Shown: one piece after another, positions 35,775 through 46,179 of the stretch
How the letters are laid out: every line of letters begins with the position of its first letter
How positions within the stretch are numbered: position 1 is the first letter of the stretch
NCBI GenBank assembly: GCA_041572575.1
Contig: JBFFSH010000012.1
Span: 1-47,375, forward strand
Direction: 5' to 3'
DNA: 47,375 nt
Origin: Thermodesulfobacteriota bacterium
Lineage (GTDB): Bacteria > Desulfobacterota_D > UBA1144 > Nemesobacterales > N074bin48
Notes under the pieces: generated by a model
The model's database searches: none
Told to the model about the DNA's origin: nothing
What the model saw: the letters and a program-made list of their open reading frames with translations, nothing else
Position numbers and translations under genes: made by a program

Positions 35775-37487
35775 TTATTGTTCGGATTGTTTGTTCTTCT
35801 TATTATTTATTTCTGTCTTTTTCTTTTCTATCATGCCTATAAAAGTTTTTGCCTTATCTACCTCATCAAGCTGTATTTCGGCATCTTTTGTAAGCTCTAC
35901 AAATTTGGTGTAATACCAGAATGCCTTACCCTTATCACCTGAGAGTTCAGCCATTTGTGCAGCACCCAACAGGCTGTTAAATCTGTTAGGACTTCTTACA
36001 AGGGTTCTTTCATACTGCTTGAGCGCTTGTGAGTATTTCTCAGACTTTGCAAGCATATCTCCATAAAGCTCACTTGCAGGAAGAATTTCTCCCGGAGTAA
36101 TAGGATGCTTGTCGGTCGTAGCCTCGAGGTCGGCTGCTTTTTTCATTACGTTTAGTCCCTGCTCTTTAAGACCCTGATTATATGTAAGCCATGCCACGGC
36201 CGAGAGCTGCTGAATCTCAACCTGCTTTGCCCAGTAGGCAGAGCTTTTTGATTCCTCTTCCTGTAACCTGCCAAGAATAGCGATCTCTTCTTTAGCAAGC
36301 TCTTCCTGTCCCGTATTTGCTGCGCCAAGCGCTCTTGTAAAATGAGTGATGGCAAACATAGCAGGGTGTGAACCTATGGGATAATCGCCAGGGGTCTGCG
36401 CCTGTACCTGTGAGGCCTGCTGCCAGTCATGGCGCTCCATTGCAAGTCTTGCAGAGACAGAAGCAAGAGTATAGGAGCTTACAACATGTTTTTGAATCGG
36501 GCCATCAAGGGCTGCTATTGTATCCAGTACTTCTTTAGCTTTTAGGTCCTGACCTTTTTGCAGGTATGAATAAGCCATGTAGTCAAGGGCATGAAGGTAG
36601 TGAAGAGAAATTGCGCCCCCTGCCGGGTTTTTAAGAGCCGCTGCCGCTGATCTTGAGTTCATTTCAATTGAATCGTCCCAAAGGCCAAGCCTTGTAAAAA
36701 TGTGTGTAGGCATATGAAGTGCGTGTGGGATATCCGGTGCAATATTTCCGTAGTTATAAGCTATATCCAGTGCTTTTTCAGCAAGCGGCGGATAGTCAAA
36801 CGCGTGGATTGTATAGTGATGAGCCCCGGGGTGGTTTGGTACTTCCTCCAGCACTCTTTCAAGGAGCTGTCCGGTGCTTAACTGTCTTGCGTAGGACTTG
36901 TCCTGAGGGTCTGCATTTGCTAGAAATGAAAGTGCATACAGGCTTCTTGCCTCAAGGTCATCGGGATATTTCAGGTACACAGATTCCCACCCTTTTTCCA
37001 GCCCCTGCAGATTTGCCTTTTCATCGGCAGTCCAGCCGGGGGAAAAATACTGCCCAGTAGCTGCAATATAGTCTGCTTCCCATCCAGATTTATTCATAGA
37101 CGCTGATGCCTTATCTATGAGGCTTTTCCCATTGTTGAATACATTTTCAGAAGGTTTATCAGACCAGAGTGGATGTATACCTGTCATGGCCTGTCCCCAG
37201 TAACCAATTGCACACTGCGGATCAACCGATGTAGCCGTCTGAAACTCTTTGTTTGCAAGACCATATGTCATATGATGAAGAAGAGCAAGGCCACGGTTAA
37301 GGTGAACCGCAGCTGCCGGGTCGCATGAAGTCTGAAAATTTACAGTCCCAAGCTTCGATAAATCGGTTGTTGCCTGCTGTACAGGTTTTTTATCTACTTC
37401 TGCCTCAGGGGGTGCGGTATCCTTGGCCGCGCATGAAGCAAAAATAATCGCAAAAGCTAATAATAAAAATTTATGCATATTGTCCAT
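35775..37487 (-). CDS. His-rich TPR-repeat lipoprotein
   Basis: Lipobox FASC; GTVNFQTSC; HPGAHHYTIH; PHALHMPTHIF; TPR-like helices. Confidence 0.8.
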   Translation of the reverse strand: MDNMHKFLLLAFAIIFASCAAKDTAPPEAEVDKKPVQQATTDLSKLGTVNFQTSCDPAAAVHLNRGLALLHHMTYGLANKEFQTATSVDPQCAIGYWGQAMTGIHPLWSDKPSENVFNNGKSLIDKASASMNKSGWEADYIAATGQYFSPGWTADEKANLQGLEKGWESVYLKYPDDLEARSLYALSFLANADPQDKSYARQLSTGQLLERVLEEVPNHPGAHHYTIHAFDYPPLAEKALDIAYNYGNIAPDIPHALHMPTHIFTRLGLWDDSIEMNSRSAAAALKNPAGGAISLHYLHALDYMAYSYLQKGQDLKAKEVLDTIAALDGPIQKHVVSSYTLASVSARLAMERHDWQQASQVQAQTPGDYPIGSHPAMFAITHFTRALGAANTGQEELAKEEIAILGRLQEEESKSSAYWAKQVEIQQLSAVAWLTYNQGLKEQGLNVMKKAADLEATTDKHPITPGEILPASELYGDMLAKSEKYSQALKQYERTLVRSPNRFNSLLGAAQMAELSGDKGKAFWYYTKFVELTKDAEIQLDEVDKAKTFIGMIEKKKTEINNKKNKQSEQ

Positions 37488-37586
37488 CTCCTTGTGATTT
37501 AGTTCATTTTAAAATCCCAAACCTATTTTAATAAAGTTTATAAGAAAAATAAAGATAAATTTATGTATTAGTAACTATTTGGAATT

Positions 37587-38051
37587 TTAATCACTTTTAA
37601 ATCGGCTTATTGAAATATTAACAAGTTTTTCACTAACCCCTGTAATATGCTCAAGATCGTCTTTGCTGAGCTTTGATGTGAAATGTTCTTTTATTGAATC
37701 ATAGTACACTGGCCACATATTGTTTCTTAGCTTTTTACCTTTAGCAGTAATTACTGCAAACACTCCTCTTGTGTCCTCTTTACAGGGCATGCGTTTTATT
37801 AGTCCTTCTTTTTCCAGTCGGTCAAGGAGCCTGGATACGTTGTATTTAGAAAGGAGTATAAGCTCTCCCAGTTCTTTTTGTCTCAGCCTTCCACCTTTTG
37901 CCTTTTCAAGCTCAAGCAGAACGTCGTACCATGAAAGAGGAGGAAATCCACTTGCCTTAAAATCCCTGTCTACTTTCTCTAATACTGTATGCTGAGCCTT
38001 TACAAAACCTATCCATGCTCTTGTTTCCATATTCGATAGTTTTTTATTCAT
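37587..38051 (-). CDS. MarR-family transcriptional regulator
   Basis: WYDVLLEL, LSKYNVSRLLDRLEKEGLIKR, D.RG....IT.KG. Confidence 0.92.
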   Translation of the reverse strand: MNKKLSNMETRAWIGFVKAQHTVLEKVDRDFKASGFPPLSWYDVLLELEKAKGGRLRQKELGELILLSKYNVSRLLDRLEKEGLIKRMPCKEDTRGVFAVITAKGKKLRNNMWPVYYDSIKEHFTSKLSKDDLEHITGVSEKLVNISISRFKSD

Positions 38052-38069
38052 AAAATTATTTTAACAAAT

Positions 38070-38122
38070 ATAGTTGCATTTGCAACATTAATCCGTATAT
38101 TATATATAGTTGCAGATGCAAC
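38070..38122. promoter_or_regulatory. Two GTTGCA-N2-TGCAAC operators in the divergent marR/rhodanese spacer
   Basis: atagttgcatttgcaac (38070-38086) and atagttgcagatgcaac (38106-38122). Confidence 0.8.
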
Positions 38123-38146
38123 CATTAAAATACGGAGGTATTTATT

Positions 38147-38482
38147 ATGATTGAAAGAATTAACAGACAGGGAGTTGTTGATCTAATCGGCAAACCTGAG
38201 AGCGCGGTTTTGGTTGAGGCACTGCCGGAAAAATATTATAACGACGCCCACATTCCCGGTGCCGTTCAGATGGACTACACCGAAGTCACCGATAAGGCCC
38301 CTTCTGTACTTGGAGACAAAGACCGCAAGATAGTGGTTTACTGTGCTAGCTCGGAATGTGAGAATTCTACAAAGGCCGCCCGCACACTGCAGCAGCTTGG
38401 ATACGACAGAATATATGTATACAAGGAAGGCAAGCAGGACTGGATTGAAGCAGGTCTTAGGGTTGAATCTGCTGGTGAGTAA
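38147..38482 (+). CDS. Single-domain rhodanese-like protein
   Basis: HIPGA, IVVYCASSEC, GKQDW. Confidence 0.9.
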   Translation: MIERINRQGVVDLIGKPESAVLVEALPEKYYNDAHIPGAVQMDYTEVTDKAPSVLGDKDRKIVVYCASSECENSTKAARTLQQLGYDRIYVYKEGKQDWIEAGLRVESAGE

Positions 38483-38524
38483 AATCATCAAAACATATAA
38501 ATATATAGGAGGAGGAATATAACT

Positions 38525-38962
38525 ATGATCGGCAAATTAATGCACACAGACAGTAATGATACAGGTAGCCTTATTGCAAGGGTAGTTGCAGGAGCTGTAA
38601 TGCTTCCCCACGGACTGCAAAAATTGCTCGGGATGTTTGGAGGTTATGGCTTTAGCGCCACTCTTGATTTCTTTGCATCAAGCGGCCTTCCAAAACTCAT
38701 CGGTTTTTTGATAATAATGGGTGAATCAGTAGGTGCTGTAATGCTAATCGTTGGACTATTCAGCAGGTTTGCAGCAGCTAGTCTTACTATAATAATGCTT
38801 GGCGCAATAAAAATTCATCTTGAAAACGGATTTTTTATGAACTGGTTTGGAAACCAGAATGGTGAAGGGTTTGAGTTTCATATACTCATGGTCGGGTTAC
38901 TTTTAATTGTAGCCATAAAGGGCTCGGGAAAGTGGTCAGTAGACTCTATTCTGACTAAATAG
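38525..38962 (+). CDS. DoxX-family membrane protein
   Basis: PHGLQKLLG.FGGYG, GFFMNWFG.Q.GEGFEFH, GSGKWSVD. Confidence 0.9.
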   Translation: MIGKLMHTDSNDTGSLIARVVAGAVMLPHGLQKLLGMFGGYGFSATLDFFASSGLPKLIGFLIIMGESVGAVMLIVGLFSRFAAASLTIIMLGAIKIHLENGFFMNWFGNQNGEGFEFHILMVGLLLIVAIKGSGKWSVDSILTK

Positions 38963-39031
38963 CCAGTATATATAGCCATGATATTACACTAGTTAGTGTA
39001 ACCCAGATGGATTTTTGCAGTTTATATATAT

Positions 39032-39499
39032 ATGACTAGGCCAAGACTTATCATCTCTTTTTTATTGCTGGGTCTGATATTGAACCCATTTGCGGTTTCT
39101 TCAGAAGAGAAGAAATACAAGGCATTTACCGATATCGGACCCATAGAAAAAAGTGATTTAACCATCACTGCGATATTTTCTGACAAGGACAAATATCATA
39201 GAGAGGTTCTCACTGTTGAGGGGACTGTAGCTAAGCTCAAATACAAAAAAATGTTTAACGGCAGAAAGTTTACATATTTTAGCCTTGCTGATAGTGAGAA
39301 TAATACTATAAACGTGTATGCAAGAGGATATGTAAAAGATATAAATGAAGGCTCGGAAATTAGAATTTACGGCAGATATAGTAAAGAAAAGTCATTCTTG
39401 TTTAAAAAGCGAAAGAATGTTATGAAGGCAAGAAAGATCGAGATATTAGACCAATCTGAAAGTGTTGTTTTGCAAACAGAACAAAAAACTCAGCCCTAA
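39032..39499 (+). CDS. Exported OB-fold-like protein
   Basis: Signal peptide; beta-rich VLTVEGTV...FSL.D...INVY...EG.EIRIYG. Confidence 0.6.
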   Translation: MTRPRLIISFLLLGLILNPFAVSSEEKKYKAFTDIGPIEKSDLTITAIFSDKDKYHREVLTVEGTVAKLKYKKMFNGRKFTYFSLADSENNTINVYARGYVKDINEGSEIRIYGRYSKEKSFLFKKRKNVMKARKIEILDQSESVVLQTEQKTQP

Positions 39500-39549
39500 G
39501 ATCAACCCAGCTGTATTACAGTTCAGTAATAATTTTTACTCTAAAACAA

Positions 39550-41106
39550 TCAGAGATCATGTCCTGCAAACTCGGCATCAAACATTGCCTGAAGCTCGGC
39601 TGCTTTCTCGTCATACTTCTTGGTGCTTTTCCATGTAAGCCTTGGCTGTAGAGTTTCTTTTTTTACACCGGGACACCTTGTTGGTACATTGAGCCCGAAT
39701 ATCGGAACCTCGGTAAACTTAGCCTTACTGAGTGATCCATCAAGCGCAGCAGTAACAAGAGCCCTTGTTTCAGGAAGCGGCATACGTTTTCCGACTCCAT
39801 ATGGGCCGCCTGTAATACCGGTGTTGAGAAGCCACACATTTGCTCTGTGTTTTTTAAGTTTTTTGTGAAGCATGTCTGCATAGAACTTTGGATGACGCGG
39901 CAGAAACGGAGCGCCAAAGCATGAACTGAATGTCACCTGAGGTTCTGTTACCCCTCTTTCAGTACCGGCTACTTTTGCCGTGTAGCCGATGATAAAGAAA
40001 TATATAGCCTGCTTGAGTGTTAGTTTAGATATGGGTGGTAGCACGCCAAACGCATCATATGTAAGCATGAAGATGGTCTTTGGAACACCGCCTACTCCCT
40101 CTGGGACAATGCAATCAAGATGATGAATCGGATAGGCAACCCTTGTGTTCTCTGTATACTTTATGCTGTCAAAATCAATTCTTTTTGTATCGGGATCAAA
40201 TTCTACGTTTTCAACCACAGAGCCGAACTTTAATGATGCATTATAGATTTCAGGCTCTGTCTTGGGGCTGAGCTTGATGGCTTTAGCATAGCATCCGCCC
40301 TCAAAATTAAATACGCCTTTATCAAACCAGCCGTGCTCATCATCACCAATAAGTGGTCTTTTGGGATCGGCAGAGAGAGTTGTTTTTCCTGTACCCGAGA
40401 GGCCAAAGAAAAGTGATACATCCCCTTTCTGTCCCACATTTGCCGAGCAGTGCATCGGGAATACATTTTGTTCAGGAAGCAGATAATTTAGCGCACTGAA
40501 TACCGATTTTTTCATCTCGCCTGCATATTCGGTTCCGCCTATAAGAGCGATTCTTTTTGAAAGATTCAGTATTATAAAAGTCTCTGTACGAGTGCCGTCC
40601 CTTTTGGGATTAGCTTTAAAGCTTGGAGAACTAATTACGGTAAATTCGACTTTCTTATGTGAATATTTGTCATCATCAGGTCTTAAAAACAAGCTGTTTA
40701 CAAAAATATTGTGCCATGCATATTCGTTAATTACCCTTACAGGCATCTTGTAATCATCATGAGCGCAGGCAAAAAGGTCTCTTACAAAGAGGTCTTTACC
40801 ATTTAGATGTTTTAGTACCCTGTTTAGCAGTGCATCAAATTTCCTGGAATCAAAAGGCTTGTTAACCTTTCCCCAGTTTATTGTGTTCTTGTTCTTTGAG
40901 TCCTGCACAATAAATCTGTCCTGCGGGGAGCGCCCTGTGTGTTTTCCTGTGTGGGCAACAATAGTGCCGCCTTCACCTATAGTGCCTTCGTTTCTCTTTA
41001 TGAATTCTTCATATAAAGTGGGAATAGGAAGGTTATAGTAAATATTTCCTGGCTTTGTTATACCGTGTTTCTTTGCTACTCGTTTGCCAACCTCTGAATT
41101 AGACAT
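39550..41106 (-). CDS. pckA: Phosphoenolpyruvate carboxykinase (ATP)
   Basis: TGRSPQD, YAGEMKK, FFGLSGTGKTTLS, IGDDEHGW, FEGGCYAK. Confidence 0.97.
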   Translation of the reverse strand: MSNSEVGKRVAKKHGITKPGNIYYNLPIPTLYEEFIKRNEGTIGEGGTIVAHTGKHTGRSPQDRFIVQDSKNKNTINWGKVNKPFDSRKFDALLNRVLKHLNGKDLFVRDLFACAHDDYKMPVRVINEYAWHNIFVNSLFLRPDDDKYSHKKVEFTVISSPSFKANPKRDGTRTETFIILNLSKRIALIGGTEYAGEMKKSVFSALNYLLPEQNVFPMHCSANVGQKGDVSLFFGLSGTGKTTLSADPKRPLIGDDEHGWFDKGVFNFEGGCYAKAIKLSPKTEPEIYNASLKFGSVVENVEFDPDTKRIDFDSIKYTENTRVAYPIHHLDCIVPEGVGGVPKTIFMLTYDAFGVLPPISKLTLKQAIYFFIIGYTAKVAGTERGVTEPQVTFSSCFGAPFLPRHPKFYADMLHKKLKKHRANVWLLNTGITGGPYGVGKRMPLPETRALVTAALDGSLSKAKFTEVPIFGLNVPTRCPGVKKETLQPRLTWKSTKKYDEKAAELQAMFDAEFAGHDL

Positions 41107-41252
41107 TCAGTCCTCCGTTTTTTTTGTCAATAATGGAAATCTATGGAGAGTGCTAGATTTACAATTTCAAATTTTAAAAAAGGAAGAATTTAACAAATCT
41201 CAACAAAAATTCAACATGCAGATAACATTAATTTTAAATAACTTCATATTAT

Positions 41253-42146
41253 CTACTTTATTTTCTTCACAAAACCTGAAATTGCCGAGATTGTGGCCTT
41301 TGGATTTTCCATACAATCGTGCTTTGCGTCGGGAATAAATCTTAATTTAACATTACTGTTTCCAGCTCTTTCCAGAATCTTTTTAAGGTCTTTTGGCTCC
41401 CATGCAAAAACAATATCGTCATTTTTGCCGTTTATAAAAAGTACCGGAACCTTAATCTTATCTATAAGTTTATAGGTCTTTGCATTCTCGGCTTGCGGGC
41501 TTCTCATAAACCACCAGGTCTTATAAGAAAACATCTCACAATCAATTGGATTAAAAGTAGGCCCCCACGCCCTGTATACTACGAATATCCTGTCATTTAT
41601 GGACTTTAGCGGATTTGGAGACAGTAGATGCTCAGCCTTTTCATATATATCCTCATAGCCTGGAATACTGTTCCACTTTTGCAGTCTATCCTTTTGAGAT
41701 TCGGGAAGAGAATATGAACAGCCCTCGAGGATTACTCCTTTTACGTTTCTGTGTGTATTTACCGAAGCATAGTGGGCAGTGAGATTTGCGCCCAGGCTGT
41801 ATCCGAGAATAAATATTCTGTGAAATCCAATCTTAACAAGATATCTCACAGCTGCATCTATATCATAAATGGTTTCATCAAAAATTGCGCTATCAATAAT
41901 TTGGCCCATATGAGCCATTCGTGAGTTAATCGAAAGTGAATGTATACCAACATCAAAAAGCGCCGGTGGAAGCAGTCTCGGAGTGCCTCTTGTAAGAAAG
42001 TTTCCAAGAACACCATGAACCTGAATAATTATGGGAGTGTTATATAGCTCTTTTTCATTTCTTTTTTTACATATGGTAAGTACGGCATTAACCTCAAATC
42101 CATCTTTGGCTTTAAAATTAACAAGCTTTTTATGAGAGATATTCAT
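41253..42146 (-). CDS. Alpha/beta hydrolase (paralog B)
   Basis: VHG, GYSLGA nucleophile elbow, late Asp (NDDIV) and His (AKH). Confidence 0.85.
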   Translation of the reverse strand: MNISHKKLVNFKAKDGFEVNAVLTICKKRNEKELYNTPIIIQVHGVLGNFLTRGTPRLLPPALFDVGIHSLSINSRMAHMGQIIDSAIFDETIYDIDAAVRYLVKIGFHRIFILGYSLGANLTAHYASVNTHRNVKGVILEGCSYSLPESQKDRLQKWNSIPGYEDIYEKAEHLLSPNPLKSINDRIFVVYRAWGPTFNPIDCEMFSYKTWWFMRSPQAENAKTYKLIDKIKVPVLFINGKNDDIVFAWEPKDLKKILERAGNSNVKLRFIPDAKHDCMENPKATISAISGFVKKIK

Positions 42147-42173
42147 ATGGGGATTTAATTCTATGAGATAAGT

Positions 42174-43073
42174 CTATTCTTCAAATTTAGAGTTAAGCCA
42201 TCCAACCGCGATATCTCCCAGTTCTTTTTCATTACCCTCGAAAGCATGACCACTGTCTACAAAAAACACCGATACACTCTTGTTTCCTGCATCTCTTGCT
42301 ACCTGAGCCAGATGATAGGTTTCCTGCGAACTAACAACTTCATCGTACCAGCCCTGAACAAGTAAAATAGGAAGCTTTATCTTCTCTATCTGATTATAAC
42401 ACTTACCACTCTCGGCATGGGGACTAGCAAGATGCCACCATGTTTTGTATGTATAAATTCCACTGTGTTCCGGTATATAAGAGTCTCCTCTGGTCTTATA
42501 TATCACAATTGTCCTGTCTTCATCGGTATTATCGGGATCGCCCTTGAAGATTGCTTCCGCTTCTTTATAAATCTGGTCATATGACGGCTCGCTTCCCCAT
42601 TTATCCCATCTTCTTTTTATAGAATCGGGCATCGAATACGGAGCTGCCAGGACTATGACTCCTTTTATATGAGGATACTTCTTTTCTGAATTTCTCATGG
42701 CCATGTACCTGAGCGCAACGGCACCGCCAAGGCTGTAACCTGATACCACAATATTCTTAAATCCCTGTTCTAATAAAAACTCTATTGATCTGTCTATTTG
42801 GGGGATAGTATCGTCTATGATTCCGTAGCCAAAAAACAGGCCGAAATTTGCAAGCCTGGTATTAATTGAAAGGGATGAATAGCCGGACTTTGCCAATATT
42901 GGAGGCAGAAATCTCTGCGTACCATCTAAAAAATTGCCCAGAAATCCATGAACATGAATTACCGCTGTTTTTGATATTTCTTCTGATACATTTTTCTTGC
43001 TTTTATAATATAGAGCGTCAACCTTGCTACTTCCAAAGGGAATAGCTATGAGCTCCTGTTCCATATATTTCAT
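42174..43073 (-). CDS. Alpha/beta hydrolase (paralog A)
   Basis: VHG, GYSLGG, DEVV, SGHAF. Confidence 0.85.
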   Translation of the reverse strand: MKYMEQELIAIPFGSSKVDALYYKSKKNVSEEISKTAVIHVHGFLGNFLDGTQRFLPPILAKSGYSSLSINTRLANFGLFFGYGIIDDTIPQIDRSIEFLLEQGFKNIVVSGYSLGGAVALRYMAMRNSEKKYPHIKGVIVLAAPYSMPDSIKRRWDKWGSEPSYDQIYKEAEAIFKGDPDNTDEDRTIVIYKTRGDSYIPEHSGIYTYKTWWHLASPHAESGKCYNQIEKIKLPILLVQGWYDEVVSSQETYHLAQVARDAGNKSVSVFFVDSGHAFEGNEKELGDIAVGWLNSKFEE

Positions 43074-43162
43074 AGTTAGAGAATAATCCTTTCAATGCAA
43101 AATTGGTCTGCTTAAACAAATCAACCATGGACCTAAAATACAGAATAACCAATTTTATAGAT

Positions 43163-43369
43163 TTAAGAAGGAAAAAATTTGGAGGGGTCGCTTAAAACTT
43201 CATCGGCAAATTTTTTAGACTCAAACCAGTCATTTATATCAGCAAGCTGTATAATTTTCTTGGACTGCGCCCCTTTTGCATAGAATTTATGGTTTATAGA
43301 ATCCCACAAAAGCTGCCAGTTTTCCGAATCTATGTTTCTTACCCATCCAAATGGAAATGTAGACAACAT
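43163..43369 (-). CDS. Small hypothetical protein
   Basis: 68-aa Trp-rich ORF co-oriented with its neighbours. Confidence 0.55.
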   Translation of the reverse strand: MLSTFPFGWVRNIDSENWQLLWDSINHKFYAKGAQSKKIIQLADINDWFESKKFADEVLSDPSKFFPS

Positions 43370-43440
43370 GTCATGAATATAATTACTGTATTTTAAAAAT
43401 CAAAAAACTGAACTGCAAGAAATTATCAATTATCACACAT

Positions 43441-43992
43441 TTAATCTTTTGGAACTTCTACAATTACTTCATTGAATCCCCTGCCGCCTTTAAACACAGC
43501 GTAGTCGAATCCACATGACTTAATCCTGTCCATACCCGTATGCCCCTGATATTCAGACTCTGTAAAGGGTTTTACAAAATGTTCTTCATCTGTACAGGTA
43601 GGACAGAAAAACAGGATCTGCTCATCATAATTTCCTCTTGTTGAAACCTTGATGTTTATTTCCTCTTTTTCGTAGTATGCGTTCCAAAGCTCTGCACAGC
43701 TATTTCTTTTTGGATGTGGTTTTATCTTTTGCAGCTGGGCCTTGCCCTTTGTTTCTCCACCGTAGTATGTTGCATCACCATGAAAGTACTTAACATTTGA
43801 TGACGCTTCGCCACTTGATGAACCTGCGCCAGAGCTATATGATCCAGAAGAACCTGATGATCCGGAAGAACCGGATACTGTGCCCTTGAAATGATCTAGA
43901 ACCCTTGCTTTTGATCTCGAGAATGCTATATCTGAGTATATTAGTGCTGTAACAAGTGTAAGGCTTAAAATTAGAAACTTCTTCATCTTCAT
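43441..43992 (-). CDS. Exported hypothetical protein with Ser/Gly linker and CxxC
   Basis: Signal peptide; SGSSGSSGSSGS; CPTC. Confidence 0.7.
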   Translation of the reverse strand: MKMKKFLILSLTLVTALIYSDIAFSRSKARVLDHFKGTVSGSSGSSGSSGSYSSGAGSSSGEASSNVKYFHGDATYYGGETKGKAQLQKIKPHPKRNSCAELWNAYYEKEEINIKVSTRGNYDEQILFFCPTCTDEEHFVKPFTESEYQGHTGMDRIKSCGFDYAVFKGGRGFNEVIVEVPKD

Positions 43993-44122
43993 CTCCTCTT
44001 ATATAAATATTTATTTCAATCTATAATAAAAACTTAATTTATTGTTATATTTTACTATATTTTTAAATAGTTACAATACATAATTAAGAAGAAACTTTAA
44101 TTATTTAATATTTTATTTTTTG

Positions 44123-44737
44123 TTAAATTGTACGAATTGACTCTATTTCTTTAATAATATCAGAGGTTTGCGTACGAAAATCATCAATTTCACTCTTAAT
44201 TTGATGATTATTGTCATTTTTATCAACAATACCCATAAGTCTTGTTAATGGAATAATTACGGCCATAAAGCACACATTTAGCACTGATCCAAGTATCATC
44301 CATGAAATTATCTCTGCTGTTGTAAATGCGCTAAATACCCCAATAAGTACGTCTGCTGTAAAAATTCCTACAGGTATAAAGATAAATCCTTTTATTAAAG
44401 CGGATATAAACCCAGATGTAATATTTTTTTTGTGGTTAACAAAACCTGCTGAAATAATGATTGTAATGAGAACTATAGACATTAGAGGGAAATATAATGA
44501 TAACAGATAGTATACAAACCCGGAAGATGCTCCTGTTATAAGTATTTTTGATAATCCAATCTCAAGATCAAAGTATAATGAGCTTATAAACAAAAACCCG
44601 GTGAAAAGCAGAGGGTAAAAAACAGGCAGGATTATAGACCCCGGAATAAAATTTACCGATAGAACTGATTTTGTGATAACTGCCCAGACTGCTCCCAATA
44701 CTAGGCTCATACTGATATTTTTTATTAGATGATTCAT
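44123..44737 (-). CDS. Hypothetical multi-pass membrane protein
   Basis: About six hydrophobic segments; GAGG RBS. Confidence 0.7.
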   Translation of the reverse strand: MNHLIKNISMSLVLGAVWAVITKSVLSVNFIPGSIILPVFYPLLFTGFLFISSLYFDLEIGLSKILITGASSGFVYYLLSLYFPLMSIVLITIIISAGFVNHKKNITSGFISALIKGFIFIPVGIFTADVLIGVFSAFTTAEIISWMILGSVLNVCFMAVIIPLTRLMGIVDKNDNNHQIKSEIDDFRTQTSDIIKEIESIRTI

Positions 44738-44761
44738 GTTTATACCCCTCTTGTATAATAA

Positions 44762-44781
44762 AGGAGGGCAAATGCCCTCCT
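44762..44781 (-). terminator. Hairpin after the vWA gene (terminator or processing site)
   Basis: aggagggca-aa-tgccctcct. Confidence 0.55.
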
Positions 44782-44793
44782 CTTGTTTTGACT

Positions 44794-46179
44794 TTACTTT
44801 TGCTGCTCTCTTGACTGTGTCTTATATTTTTTGATAAGACTCTTTCCAGCCTCTGTGTTTGGCGCAGGCGCATTAGCGTCCATATCACCAAACGCGTCCC
44901 TGAGCGCTTTTTCCTGCTCTACAGTTCCTTGTGTTCTAAGTGGAGAGCTGTTTAGTTTTTCCAAACCAGTAATTGCCTGAGTCATTCGCTGTCTGGCTTC
45001 ATCGAGTTTTCCATCTTCATAATCTTCTGCTGCGCGGTAAAGCTCCGAAGCGACGTCTACCGAAGCAGCCCTTGCTCCCACCTCTTTGTTTTCATTTTTA
45101 ACTACAAGCCCCATTTTTGTAGTAACCTTATAATCAAGACCTTCACTAAATGATTTCGGCTCATTTGAAACAATATCGTCATACTCCAGATATGCCCTTG
45201 CAAGCTTGTTGTTTCCTACCTTGTCAGTAGGAGCATCCAATCTTATAAGGATGTTCCTTTCCTGTCCGCTTGAGAGGTCACCCGGCACAATCTCGATCCC
45301 GCCGTCTTTTTCAAAGTATTTATAACCGCCTACGTCCTTAACCTTCACGCCTGGTTCAAGCTTAAGCCTTATCTTCGGATTCTTTGCAACGGTTTTTATA
45401 AGCTGGCCGAATTCTCTGTTAAAAATAGAAGCTATCTGTGTGGGGGACTCAATGAAGTAATAATTTCCTGCCCCGTACTCTGCAATACTTGTAAGCATAT
45501 TTTCATCAAAGCTAGCTCCAAGGCCCATAGTGGTAAGGCTTATGCCTTTTTCCGATGCAGCGCGTGAGATATTATTTATTTGATTAATGTTTGTAATCCC
45601 TGCATTTGCAAGCCCGTCTGAAAGAAGAACCACTCTGTTCAGATATTCCTTATCATAGACAGATTTGATCTGGTTTATTCCCTCGATAAGCCCGCCTGAA
45701 AGATTTGTAGAGTTTGTGGGATATAAAGAGTTAATCATATTTCGCGCTGTAGCTTTATTATCCAGCGTCTGTATTGGAAACATAAGCTCAACGTTTGTTG
45801 AATATGCCACAATGCCAAGCCTGTCTCTTGATGAGAGGCTGGATATGATCTCATTTGCAGCCTTCTTTGCATATTCAAGCTTACCCTTCTCACTCATCGA
45901 GCCGCTTCTGTATAATACCAATACGAGGTTAACTGGAGGTCTTTCGGATACTGTAATTTCTTCCCCTCTTATTTTCAGGTTCAAAACAAGATCCTTGTCA
46001 TCACCCTGAAGCATATAAGGGTTTGCTAGCTTAAGGTCCCATGAAAGCGCGCCGCCTGCTGCTCCCGCTGGTTTTGGGATTGTTGGAAAAGCCGTAAGAA
46101 AGCTGGTTCCTGCAAGCACGGCAATGACTAACATTGCACTGAATAAAACATATTTTTTCTTTATTTTTTCTGTAAACAT
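44794..46179 (-). CDS. Exported/anchored vWA-domain protein (YfbK-like), MIDAS Asp replaced by Tyr
   Basis: PVNLVLVLYRSGSM, STNLSGGL, VVLLSDGLAN, GLG..FDE, GAGNYYFI. Confidence 0.88.
   Translation of the reverse strand: MFTEKIKKKYVLFSAMLVIAVLAGTSFLTAFPTIPKPAGAAGGALSWDLKLANPYMLQGDDKDLVLNLKIRGEEITVSERPPVNLVLVLYRSGSMSEKGKLEYAKKAANEIISSLSSRDRLGIVAYSTNVELMFPIQTLDNKATARNMINSLYPTNSTNLSGGLIEGINQIKSVYDKEYLNRVVLLSDGLANAGITNINQINNISRAASEKGISLTTMGLGASFDENMLTSIAEYGAGNYYFIESPTQIASIFNREFGQLIKTVAKNPKIRLKLEPGVKVKDVGGYKYFEKDGGIEIVPGDLSSGQERNILIRLDAPTDKVGNNKLARAYLEYDDIVSNEPKSFSEGLDYKVTTKMGLVVKNENKEVGARAASVDVASELYRAAEDYEDGKLDEARQRMTQAITGLEKLNSSPLRTQGTVEQEKALRDAFGDMDANAPAPNTEAGKSLIKKYKTQSREQQK

Noticed and set aside
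43841..43876. 18-bp near-tandem repeat
   Set aside because: Explained by the encoded SGSSGS low-complexity linker.
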